A DNA stretch of 64,000 bases from NCBI GenBank assembly GCA_013265495.1, contig MU058206.1, positions 436,001 through 500,000 on the forward strand, written 5' to 3'. Shown here piece by piece: positions 11,437-22,692 of this stretch (the stretch's first letter is position 1; the number at the start of each line of letters is the position of its first letter). This DNA is from Vicugna vicugna. Lineage: Eukaryota. Below the pieces are notes generated by a model. That model did not search any database and was not told where the DNA came from. It worked only from the letters and a program-made list of their open reading frames with translations. The position numbers were made by a program, and so were the translations under genes.

Positions 11437-14400
11437 TTCACATCACAACAAAATTAAGTGGTGGCCCAGAGAGACCCGTGGACTTGCTCAGAGTCACACA
11501 GCTCTTAGACAGTCCATTCAAAGTCCTAGGTTCTTACTCTTGCTTTGTTCCTCGTTCTGGAAGGCCCTGGGCAAGTTGCTTTCTATTCTGGGGCTCAGTT
11601 TGCCCATCTGTGTGGAGTGGGAGGAAAACAAAACCACAGCTGCTATTATACAAGCCGGCAGCAGAGTTCCCCTGAGAGGAGACTCTGCCTGGGAAATAAC
11701 TCGCTGGGCTCTCTCTGGGCAGGAAAGGCAGAGCCCCGTGGCCCCAGCTAATAGCGTGGAGCACTCTGGGTTTCAGGAGAGAGTTCTTGAGGAGGGATGT
11801 GGGTGGGGCCGGGGCGGCAGGGGACAGAGAGACAGAGAGAGAGAGAATGAGAACCAAAACAGCAGGATGGTGGGCAACCAGGGTGAGATGAAAACACACC
11901 TGTGGGAGGGGAGGGCAGCAGTGGTGCTTGAAGACCAGTGGCATCTGAAGATCATCACTCCTCTCCCTCCTCCACCACCCCCACCCCTCAGGAATGATCC
12001 CCCACCCTCACCGCCTTGGGTGACTAGTATTCAAGGAGGAATTAAGGGAGAGGGGGGCTGCATTCCATACCTGGGCTGACAAAGTGCAGAGCCAACAGCT
12101 CACAGGTGAGAGGCAGAGATGAAATAGAGAATTCAGCAAAAGCTGGAAATTAGAGGGAGACTGGAATCCCAGCACCCCCGGGGTGGGGGGTTCATGCTGC
12201 TCCTGTAGGATTTTTAATGCAAGAGGGGAAGAGTGAGTGGAAACTCGAGTTCCCCAGGTGACTGACCCTTGGTTTCATGTGAACGAGGCAGTAGAGATTG
12301 GATGTGGTTTAGGCCTATCCCGCTCAGCTGACTTGCCCCAAGCCCCTCCCTGCACTGGTGAGGGACTGCAGGTCAGACCCTTCCCACCAGACATGACACA
12401 GACACTGTGGAGGATGTCAGTGGTCAAAGGTCAAGACGGCTGGAGGAGACCATGGAGATTCACCTCACTGACATCCAGGAGATTAAAGGAAGTCCCTTTC
12501 CCAACCCACCCTGACACCTGCCCGGTCCAGGCCAGTCCTTGGATGGACGTACCCCCACTCTCAAAGAAACAGGGATTAAGTGCAGGCCAAAGGCCCCGAA
12601 GGGACAGTCAGGGGTCCTGAGGAGCAGGTGACCTGCTGCCCTACAAATCGGGGCAGCTCCAGGGGAGCTGAGACTGAAGAACAGTGGGCTTCAGCTCCCC
12701 CCAGGGAACCTGGGGAGATGGATGTTTGCTGTAATATCTTAGTTGCCTCTCACAATTTGGAAACCCCAATCCCCTGAAGTCTGCAGGTGCCGCTTCCCGT
12801 GGGTCTGGTGTGTTTGCACGTAGGTGCAGGACCTCCCCTCTCACAGACCTGTCACTAGCATGACCCCTGTCGATCAGCAGGGAGACAGCGGGAGGCAGTG
12901 TTGAACTATTTCTATCGCACTGCTGAGGCTCCAAGAGGCTCCAGTCCAGACCTGAGGTGCACAGCAGGGAAGCCATAGGGGTAGAGGAGAGGCCGCGCCC
13001 TGTGAGTTGGCCAAGGGCAAGGAGCCCACTTTGCTCCTGGTGGTTAAGGAGGCTCCAGGCTGGTGTGGGAGTGAAGGAGTATCGTGGTGGACACAGCCTC
13101 CAAGAGAGATAGAACCTCCCCATCAAATCCTGTCTCCAAATGCCACCTCCTCCAGCAGGCCTTCCCAGATGCCCTCATTAGACAGGCTGCCCCCATCCTC
13201 AGCCCCATCCCCTCACCCTCCCAGAACATAGGCCCACTAGCCTCCCACCCCGTGGGGTCCCTGCTCTGCCCGTCTCTCCACCAAGCACTAACTGACATCT
13301 GAACAGCAGGGGCAAGGGCTCCTCTGGGGCTCCTCCAAGCTGCCAACGCGGGCTTTGCACAGGGTAGGTGCCCACAGCACTTCCTGAGTCAACCAGAGTT
13401 ACACCTGGGAGACTTCCTGGGAGAGGGAGCCCAGAAGAGGCAGGAGGACCTTCCAGAGATTAGGGGAGAAGAAGAGAGGCTCAGATCTCCTAAGATAACC
13501 ACGTGTCCTACTGTACCCTGATTCTAGGCCAGACCTACCTTTTGCTGCCCTGGCTGGGAACCCCCCAAAAGTATGGAAGGACCAGCCCACCTCCAGACCA
13601 GTGCCAGCCAGGGAATGCCAGGTCTAGGGGAGGAGAGGCTGTGACTCAGCAGAGGACCCATCCTTTACGGGAACCCTTGGGCCTGGACTCTCTTAGGCAG
13701 ACAGCCCCTCCCCACACTCGCCTAGAGCAGAATGGGGCTCCCCAGGAGGCAGGTGGGGCAACTCTGCCCACCCCCATTCTCAGGGGTGATCTCAGGGAAA
13801 GGGTGGCCTTGGGGGTAGGGGCACAGGTGTTTACGTGGTCGGAAAGGCTTGGCTGAAGTTCAAATTTAGGTACTTAAACTACACCAAGGGTAAAAGAGAT
13901 GCTTAGTTCCTATATGGCTGCCCCAAACCTCCCAGGGCACAGAGGGGCTAGACGGGCGCCCAGCGTGCCCTGTGGAGCCACAGCCACTTCCCCTGGCCTG
14001 GCTCTTCCTCCCACCAAACCTCTAGGCGGCACCTAGATTCTTGTCCCTGCCTGTCTGTGCAGAGAGAAGAGAGATGAGGAGAGAGGGGACAGAGACAGAG
14101 GAAGACAGGATGAGGGGCAGAAGTTGTGTGATGGAAGCAGTGGAGGGGGCAAGGGAGAAGTTTCCAGAAGGCACCTGGGCAGAAGCCCTGGGAGTGGGGC
14201 AGGGTTGCTCACTGTCCTGGCCCAGAGGGAGGGAGTTGCACAGGGGACTGCCCAGAAATTTATCTTAACTTTCTGGGGGACCGCCCCTGCCTCCCAACAG
14301 GCACCTGAGGGTAGCTCTGAGCGTGTGTCTAAGGGCTGGCCCCGTGATGGGGCAGTGTGCTCTGGGAGGTGGCTGCCTGTCAGGCCGACAGGCCTAGGGC

Positions 14401-16384
14401 AGCGCCCCCACCCCTGTCAAGCTCCTTGATTATTTTTTCCTGTCGGCTCTGCCTTCCATGGACAGGCCTCCTCCCCAGGATGTAAGGCAGGCAGCAGCTT
14501 GTCTGACCCAGCCTGGCCCTGGGGGAGCCCCCACTCTTAGGGGGCCAAATAATCTGAGCCAGGGAGACAAGAGACACTGCTCCCGCCGCCATTCTGGGAG
14601 CCTGGGAGGCCCCCCTCCCTGCCCCCAGTTCCCCAGCCTCTCCTCTGAGAGCAGCCTTTGGGAAGCAGCCAGATTCCCGCAGGGCGGGCGGGTGGGCTGT
14701 GGGAGTTCCAGCAGGCAGGCTACTGTTCTTCTGCGTCTCCCATCCCCCTTGCAGGGGGTGAGCCCAGCTCCTGCCTCCTCCGGCTTCCCCTCCCTGTGTC
14801 CAGGGCCTGCCTGCCCGGCTGAGACAAGAGTAATGGACGCAGCCAGGGTTTGACCCAAGGGCCTTGGCTCTGAGCCCAGTGCTAGGAACACTGTCTGTAA
14901 ATATTTGGGGAGTGAATTGTGCCTGCCCCTCCTCATTCAGCTGACTCCTGTAGCCCCAGAAGGCTTGCAGAAGAAGGCAGCCTTAGTGTCCATCTTCTGC
15001 CTCCGAGCTGGGAGCAACACCCAATACCTTGGGGTGGAGCCTGCTGGGCCCCCAACCAGGTCTGCCCACAGGGAACACCACCTTCTTCATCCATTATGAT
15101 GAGCTACTCCAGCCATCCCCCTGCCTCTAGGCTGGCCAGGGCCTAGTGTAGCCCCGTGACCCCATCTTGTTGATGGATGTTCTTTCTGAAATCTAGCTTC
15201 TCTCCTTCAGAGACCCCTTTACTTGATATTGGGGTGGAAATGAACCCTGGCCTTTGGAAAGTTCATTGTGGTCCTCACCCTGCTCTACAGTGCCCCGTCC
15301 TGGAAAGCTGTCTGCCTGCTGTCACCCAGTCTGGAAGGGCTCAGCCCTGGGTGGGTGCCTCCAAACTGCTTGAGGGTCCTCTTCCCTGCCCTAGGGGGAA
15401 CCTGGTGGGGAACATGCAGCCCTCCACTTCCCCCTCTCCCGTGGCCTCAGATCATGACAACAAGGATGTCGTTTGAAGGAAGTCTCCTGACAGTTCCCAC
15501 ATCAGGCAGCTGGGAATTGGAGGTAACCACCAGCCGCCTGCTGCGGGGGATGGCTGAAGTAGTCTCCGGGTGCCCCCTGCCCCACCCTAGGGCCTCGGGA
15601 TAGGCGATGGAGCAGGAAGGCGGGAGTCAGGGCTGGGAAGGAGGCAGTCAGGGGTGCAACCTCCCTCCCTTGGTCTAACTCAGTATCTACCCCCATTTCA
15701 TGAGACTCCCTTGGTCCTCTGTCTTGTCATGTAATATTGGGAAAGTTATTGCAGGCCTCCAGGGCATAGTTTCCTCATCTGTGAAATGGGGGTTGGAATA
15801 GGGCCCACTTCACAGGGTTATTTTAAGGATCAGATAAGATCATGCAGGCAGGACGCTTAGCCCAGATAAAGTGTGTAGTAAGTACTCAGTAAAGGTTAAC
15901 CATGAAGACTAAGACTTTCAAGACTCAAAGGCCAAGTTCCCCAAGCTCAAGTGTGCTTCTCATGGCCTGGAGAAAGGAAGATTGCCCAAGAAGTAATGTA
16001 CTTTGGGACCAGACAGACCCCTGTTCCGACCTGCCTGGCGCTAATCAACCTCGTCCCACCCACTGTTGCCCTCCCCACTGGGTTCTCGTGGGTCCCCAGA
16101 GACTCGTCTCCACCCACTTCCAGCCTTGCCAGGCTGGTGCCCATCCCACTTCCAGGAAGAGGGACATAAACACAGCTGGGATGGATTTAGAGCCCCCAGC
16201 ATCATCTCCGGAAGCGCCAGGATGGTTGGGGTTCCTGTCTGGGTCAGGGAGGTAGGGAATTCCCAGAGCTTGGGTTAGGGAGCCCAGAAAGGGGAGAAGC
16301 ACCCTTTCCAGGAGCTAGGGAGGGAGGAAGCAGGGTGGTACCCTCAAAGGTCGAGTTCAGGCCTCTGCCACCTCTGCCTACATA

Positions 16385-16520
16385 CCTAGTGTGTGTGAAT
16401 TGCTATCTCATTGTGGTTTTGATTTGCATTTCCCTGATGACTAACGATGTTGAGCATCTTTTTAAGTGCTTATTGGCCATTTGTAGATCTTCTTTGGAGA
16501 AATGTCTAGTCAAATGCTTT
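16385..16520 (-). mobile_element. L1 fragment
   Basis: tatctcattgtggttttgatttgcatttccctgatgactaa..gatgttgagcatctttt..gtcttctttggagaaatgtct-type L1 antisense signature. Confidence 0.75.
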
Positions 16521-16954
16521 TAACCACCTTGCTGGCACTAAGCCACTAGGCTCTCCTCCTGGCTTCTATTCTCCCCAGCCCAGCTCATCCTCCTGCTCAG
16601 TGCCGCTCTCACTTTAACCTTTAATGGCTCCCCATGGCTTCCAGCCAAACTTGCCAAATTGTGTTCTGTGAAAAGTGTTTTGTGAGAGGTTAAGAGAGGC
16701 TCCTTTGAAGATGGTTCAATGATCAAACTACAGTCCCAGTTTTGGGAAATGCTGCATCCTCTAACCCATTGCCAGCACATGTTGGCCCAGAAGTCCCAAA
16801 GCAAACAATCCCCTCCTTAACCCAGCATTTCCCAGATGAGTTTGATGACAGTCATACTCCCCCCACCTTGTGTGTATGGGTTTTTTTTACAGCTTTATTG
16901 AGATATAATTCACATACACAACTGATTCACTTAAAGTACAATTCAGTGGTTTTT

Positions 16955-17086
16955 ATTATTTTTAATTTATTTTTTTATTTTGTTGGCAGGGGAAAGTAAT
17001 TAGGTTTATTTATTTTTAGAGGAGGTATTGGGGACTGAACCCAGGACCTTGTGCATGCTAAGCATGAGCTCTACTTTCCCCCTGCT
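16955..17086 (-). mobile_element. tRNA-derived camelid-type (Vic-1-like) SINE
   Basis: gaacccaggaccttgtgcatgctaagcatg; T-rich tail; 16-bp TSD caattcartggttttt (16939-16954 / 17087-17102). Confidence 0.8.
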
Positions 17087-17985
17087 CAATTCAATGGTTT
17101 TTAGTATCGTTACAGAGTTGTGCAGCCATCACGACCATCACTATTAGAACATTTTCATCACCCCAAACAGAAACACCATACTTTTCAATCTACCCACCTC
17201 ATTCCTCCCTCTCAACCCTGCGCAACTAAGAACCTACTTTCTCTACATTTGCCTTGTTCTGGGCGTTTCATATAAATGGAATTACACTATATGCAGCCTT
17301 TTGTGACTGGCTTCTTTCACTCAGCAACATGTTTTCATGGGTCACCCATATTGTAATGTGTGTCAGTACTTCATTCTTTTTTATGGCCAAATAATAGTCC
17401 ATCGTGTGGATAAACTTTTGTTTATTCATTCATCAGTTGATGGACATCTGGGTTGTTTTTACTTTGGGGCTATGATGAATAATGCGACTGTAAATATTCA
17501 TGTACAAATTTCTCTGGTAACATATGTTTTCATTTCTCTTGAATTTTAGGAGTGGAATTGCTGGGTCAAATGGTAACTCTATGTTTAACTATTTGAGGAC
17601 ATTCCAGATTATTTTTCAAAGCAAGTGCATCTTTTTACATTCCCACAGCAGTGTTTGAGGGCTCCAATTTCTCCACATCTTTGCCAACACTTACCTGAGG
17701 ACTTCTTGGTTTTTTTCATCCTTGAGGGTGTAAAGTGGCATCTCACTGTGGCTCAATTTGCACTTCCTAATGATTAGTGATGCTGAGCATTTTTCATGTG
17801 CTTGTTGGCTGTTTGTGTATCTTCTTTGGAGGAATGTCTATCCAGACCCTTTGCCCATTTTTAAACTGGCTTACTTGTCTTTTTATTATTGAGTTGTAAG
17901 TGTTATTTGTATATCCCAGACACAAATCCCTTATCAGATATATGATTTACAAATATCATCCTATGGGTTATCTTTTTTACTATCC

Positions 17986-18125
17986 TTTTTTTAATTAATT
18001 TTTTCCCCAGGGGGTGATTAGGTTTATTTATTTGTTTGTTTTTAAGTGGAGGTACTGGGGATTGAACCCAGGACCTCGTACATGCTAAGCATGTGCTCTA
18101 CCACTTTTTGCTATATCCTCCCCCC
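17986..18125 (-). mobile_element. Vic-1-like SINE
   Basis: ggaggtactggggattgaacccaggacctcgtacatgctaagcatgtgctctaccac. Confidence 0.8.
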
Positions 18126-18178
18126 ATGTTTTGCTTTCAGGAAGATGTCCTTGGAAGCACAATTTTGATTAAGTTCAG

Positions 18179-18536
18179 TGTCTCAATCCATTTGGGCTGC
18201 TAGAACAAGATACTTCAGACTAGTAAGCTTCTAAACAACAAATATAGGTCTCACAGGTCTAGAGACTGAGGAGTCCAAGGGCAGAGTGTCAGCATGGTGG
18301 AGTGAGGGCCCTCCTCTGGGTCGCAGACTTCTTGTTGCAGGCTCACATGACAGAAGGGGTTAGGCAGCTCTGCTGGCCCCTTTATAAGGAATCTAATCTC
18401 AGTCATGAGGGCTTGGTACTCAAGGCCTTATAACCTCCCAAAGGCCCCACCTCCTAAAACCACTACCTTGGGGATTAGGATTTCAACAGATGAATTGGAG
18501 TTGGGGTGGGGGGACAAAAACTTCCAGACCAGAGCA
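18179..18536 (-). mobile_element. MaLR solo LTR, MLT1A-like
   Basis: TG...CA, 358 bp; cctcccaaaggccccacctcctaa..ccttggggattaggatttcaaca; TSD ttcag/ttcaa. Confidence 0.8.
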
Positions 18537-19069
18537 TTCAATTTATCTGTTTTTTCTTTTGTTATTTGTGGTTTTGGTGTTATATCTAAGAATCCATTGC
18601 CAAATGCAAGACCACAAAGATTTACCCCCATGTTTTCTTCTAAGAGTTTTATACATTTAGCTCTTATATTTATGTCTTTGATCCATTTTGAGTAAATTTT
18701 TGCGTGTGATCTGAGGTAGGGATCCGTTCTTCTGCACGTGGCTATCCAGTCCTCCCTGACGCCACCATGTGTATTTACAAAGCATCCAGTAGCATCTCCT
18801 GGAACTCCGGTACTTCAGGAAACACCAATTGGGAAATACCGACCTACACGATCCAAGTCCAAGTATCTTAGCCTGGCCAAGGCCTCCCACCATCTTCCCC
18901 CAATTTGCCTTTTGCCAGTTTATCAGGACTGGCCTCTTGCTGTTCCTTAGACTTGCACTAGGTTTTTCTGCCTCCATGCTTTAGTATATGCTGCTCCAAC
19001 ACTTTCTCCAACCGCTACCACGTTCGTACTCCCATGTTTTCCTGCTGAAATTCATTCATCCTCTAAGGA

Positions 19070-19325
19070 ATGATAAGAGCTAACGTTATTGAGCACTTGC
19101 TATGCACTATTTTCCTAAGAATTTTATTTGTAGCACTTTATTCATTCAATTCTTACACTAACCCTGTGATGTATATACTCCTATTATCCCCATTTTACAG
19201 ATGAGGGAATCAAAGTTCCACATGGTTCAGTAAATTGCTCAAGGTTACACAGTTAGCAAGTGATGGAGGGAGAATCTGAACCCAGACCATCTGACCCTAG
19301 AGTCCTTGCTCATAACAAGTCACTG
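19070..19325 (-). mobile_element. MIR SINE (representative; many further MIR fragments occur through the window)
   Basis: attatccccattttacagatgaggga..aaattgctcaaggttacacagttagcaagtg..gaacccag core. Confidence 0.75.
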
Positions 19326-22300
19326 TCCTCCCATCAACCTTCGCTTACCACCACCACACTGCCCGCTACTTCACTGGTACCAAAATATATTTATTGAGCT
19401 CTACTACATATTTTGCTGAAATAACAACTTAGCAAATGAGTAAAAGACTTAATGGAACTGCACTGTCGGAGCTGAAAGGGCCTCAAGCTTCCTGGAATGT
19501 GAGGTACATTCCAAAATAACAACCTGATCTGATGGATGGGAGGCCCTGTGACTCACCCAGGGTCACAAAGTGGGGCAGAAACCATGTCAGGACCAGGTCT
19601 CTCTGCCTCCCACGGGCAGTTTTGACACCATGTCTGCTCAGCCCCCATTTAACACATATTTACTGAGTTCCTTCTCTGTGCCGGGCTCCAATCTGAGCTC
19701 CAACTGAGGCAAACAGAACAAGACCCCTGGGACCCTGCCCTACCTGTCTGCCTGGGGACAGTAGAGCTTAGACCTAGCAGGGCTTCTCCTAGGTTTCAAG
19801 GGCCATCCCCTGGGCTCTGACCCAGCTTTCACTGTTCCCTTGGAAGAAGCGCCAAGAATGGGAGGCAGCAGGTGGCCAGGGGTACAGGACTGGCCGGGAG
19901 GAAGGGCCCCAGGTCAAGTTCATTTCCTGGCACCCTTGTTTGTCCTGTGCCACTCACTTCTGCTGGCTGTTTCCTCCCGCCCACAGCCTCCCTGGCTGAG
20001 TGGGCAGCTGACCTGGGACTGGAATTCTCCTACCATCCTCAGTTTCAGCTGTCTCTCCGATGGGCCCTCCCTCAAAACCCAACAGACCCAGATGAGAATC
20101 CTGCTCCCTCCACCAGCTACATGATCTGGGGCATGCCACTGCCAGTCTGGGCCTTTGTTTCCTCTTCTGGAAAAGGGGATAACAGGACTAACCTCATAGG
20201 CTTGTTATGAAAAATAAAGGACATAATGTACATAAGAGGCCTGGTACAATGATACTTCCAATAAAAGATATTTTCCCTTTTCTCAGCCTAGCGCTCCCCA
20301 TTTTCCTCCTCCAGGAAGTCTTCCAGGATGCCCCCTTTCCCCTGTCTCCCCATCCCTGTGTTGGGGTCTCAGTCTGAGCCTTGGGAAAGGCCCCCTGGGC
20401 TCCTCTGTGATGGAAGTGCTATGATGGGGTTGCCCAGGTGCAGATACCTCCACTAGCTCTCAGGGGTCCATTTCCCTGACATAGGCATGTCCACATCCCA
20501 TAGTGAATGGGGCTGAAGGGGACCCACAGGGAGCCTTGTGAGTTTCTCAATGGACCAGTTCAATTCGATGCACATCATTGGCCTCCACTCCGAGCAGAGC
20601 ACTGTGGGAGGAGCTTTTGGCACGGTGGAGAAAAAGCAGGCCTGAGCTTACTTTTTCTGGAGGACTGAGCTGTTGGGGGAGAAACAGGCACTGCCACCTC
20701 CACCTCCACCTCCATCCCCATCTCAATAAAAAATAACACTTATTGACCTACTACTATGTGATAGACCCTGTGTAAGTTCTCTTTCACTCTCCACAATGAC
20801 TCTATGGTTAGGGTGCAATTTTTAACTTAATTTTACAGAGATAGAAACTGAGGCACAGAAAGTTTAAGCAACTTTGCTCAAGCTAATAAATGCCATCTGG
20901 CCAAGTGGGGCAAAGGCTCTATCAGATGGAGAAACAGGGTTATGCTGGAGCAGACAGCATCCATTGAGACCCAGGGGGCCTGGGAAGATGATGGGTTTCA
21001 GCTGGCCATGAAGGAACGGGGACTGTCAATGGGCAGGAGGAAGCTGGAGCCCTGCTTGCAGGCAAAGGTCTCAAGAAGGGGGCGAGCAGGCATTTAGGGG
21101 ACGAAGATCTGCCTGGCAGCTGGGACTACGTGAAGGGGGATGGGAGTGTGGAAGGCAAGGGCAGAAATAAGTAGGACGGTCATGGAGGACATCAGGCCCC
21201 CAGACTTGGGCTTTGGGTTGGGTTCTGCAAGGCATCCAAGGTAGTGTTTTGAGTGAGGTCAGATCAGAGGAAAGGATGAGGGCTTCCTGGGGCCAGGCGA
21301 CAACTGTCTAGGAGAAGAGAAGGGAAAGGCATGGTGTGTGGCCCGATGTCAGGTGCCTCATGTGTGATCTCAGTTAACCTCCCAACGGTCCCTAGAGTTG
21401 GACATGATCATCACCCCTTTGCAAATAAGCTTGGGCTCAGAACTGACCAGAGGTGGGTTAGAGGCTGACAGCATTGGGGTGGGAGACCCCACTCCCGGAG
21501 GTAGGGCCAGAGCAAATGTGGGTTGCAGTCTCTGAGGTCTTCCCAGGGTGTCTGTGGGTGCAGAGAGGAAGGTGGGCACAGAATGAATGAGGTGGGGGCC
21601 CCTGGGGTTACAACTGGGAACTTAATAGCTTGAACCACAAGGGGACTAGAAGGAAGGGCAGAGCTGAGGGGCTGAAGCTTGGGGTGTAGGCGTGAGAGGC
21701 CTGTGGGAGTCGGAGCCCCAGGGGATATCTTGGGTGAGCTTGCTATGGGCCCAGGCTGACAACAGCCTGATCAAAGTCAAAGCCCAGGCTGGTGCTCCTG
21801 GGGAGAGGCCTCTAAGAATTTCCCTCTGCCAGTGGGTTTGGGGTGCACCTCCTGGGCTCTGGCCTCCTTGTCTATCCCCAGCCCTCTGGGAGATTGCCAG
21901 CCAGACCTCCGCCTCCATCTAGAAAACCTTAGAGGTCCCACAGACTCACTGGCTGTCCTTGCTGCTGACCCCTCCCGTGTCCCCTGCAGCCCACAGCCTA
22001 CCTACAGTTATCGCCCAAATACCTCTCAAGTCCACCTACATCTCCCAGTAAGGCAGCCCCTCATCCCTTCTCATTTCTGTCCCCACATCAGCCCCTAATG
22101 GGTCTCCTTGATTCCCAAACAAAGGAAGCTTCTGAATCCACAAAAGCCATCATCAGCTTACTCCCAGGCGTGAGTTACTCTCATCAGTTCCCTTCAGTTC
22201 CAGCAAGCTGAAGCCCAAACTCCAGGCCCTAGTGCTTTCCGAGCGTATGTATCCTTCACAGCCAGCTGTGCATGTGACTGCTGCCCACTGCCCTCCCTAC

Positions 22301-22669
22301 TGCATCTCAGTGCCCTCGTGTGCCCCTCCCCACGATTCTGGCTGTCCTCTCCCCACCACCGACCCCTGAGTTCCCATGGTGGGCTGGGCTCTCACCCCAC
22401 CCCAGAGCTACACCTGTCAGGGGCACCACCCAGAGCAGTTCTGCCACTGACGAAGTGGCCTTTGCATCCCCCAAGCCCCATCTGACCTCTCCCCTCAGAT
22501 GAGTCCCTGAAGTCCAGGACAAGGTGAGGAAGGGGTCCCCTAGGGGGAAAAGGCTGAGACCCTGGGGGATTCTTTTAGGAAAGTAAAATCTCTATCATTG
22601 TCCTCCTCATGCTAACAGTTAACCAGAGAGGGCAGCACCAGGGCCTGTCTGGACCCCCTGCCTGCCCTG

Positions 22670-22692
22670 CCCCCCCCCCCCCCCCCCCCCCC
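22670..22692. repeat. C23 homopolymer
   Basis: Direct count of the C run. Confidence 0.9.

Larger units (their letters stand above)
16880..18760 (-). mobile_element. L1MB-like LINE 3' portion, interrupted by two SINEs and an MLT1A LTR
   Basis: cagctttattgagatataattcacatac..., ggagtggaattgctgggtca, tttacccccatgttttcttctaagagtttt. Confidence 0.8.

Noticed and set aside
11330..12079. 249-aa ORF
   Set aside because: Starts in an L1 3'UTR, runs through MIR-like and purine or proline low-complexity sequence, uses a non-ATG start, and shows no recognisable domain
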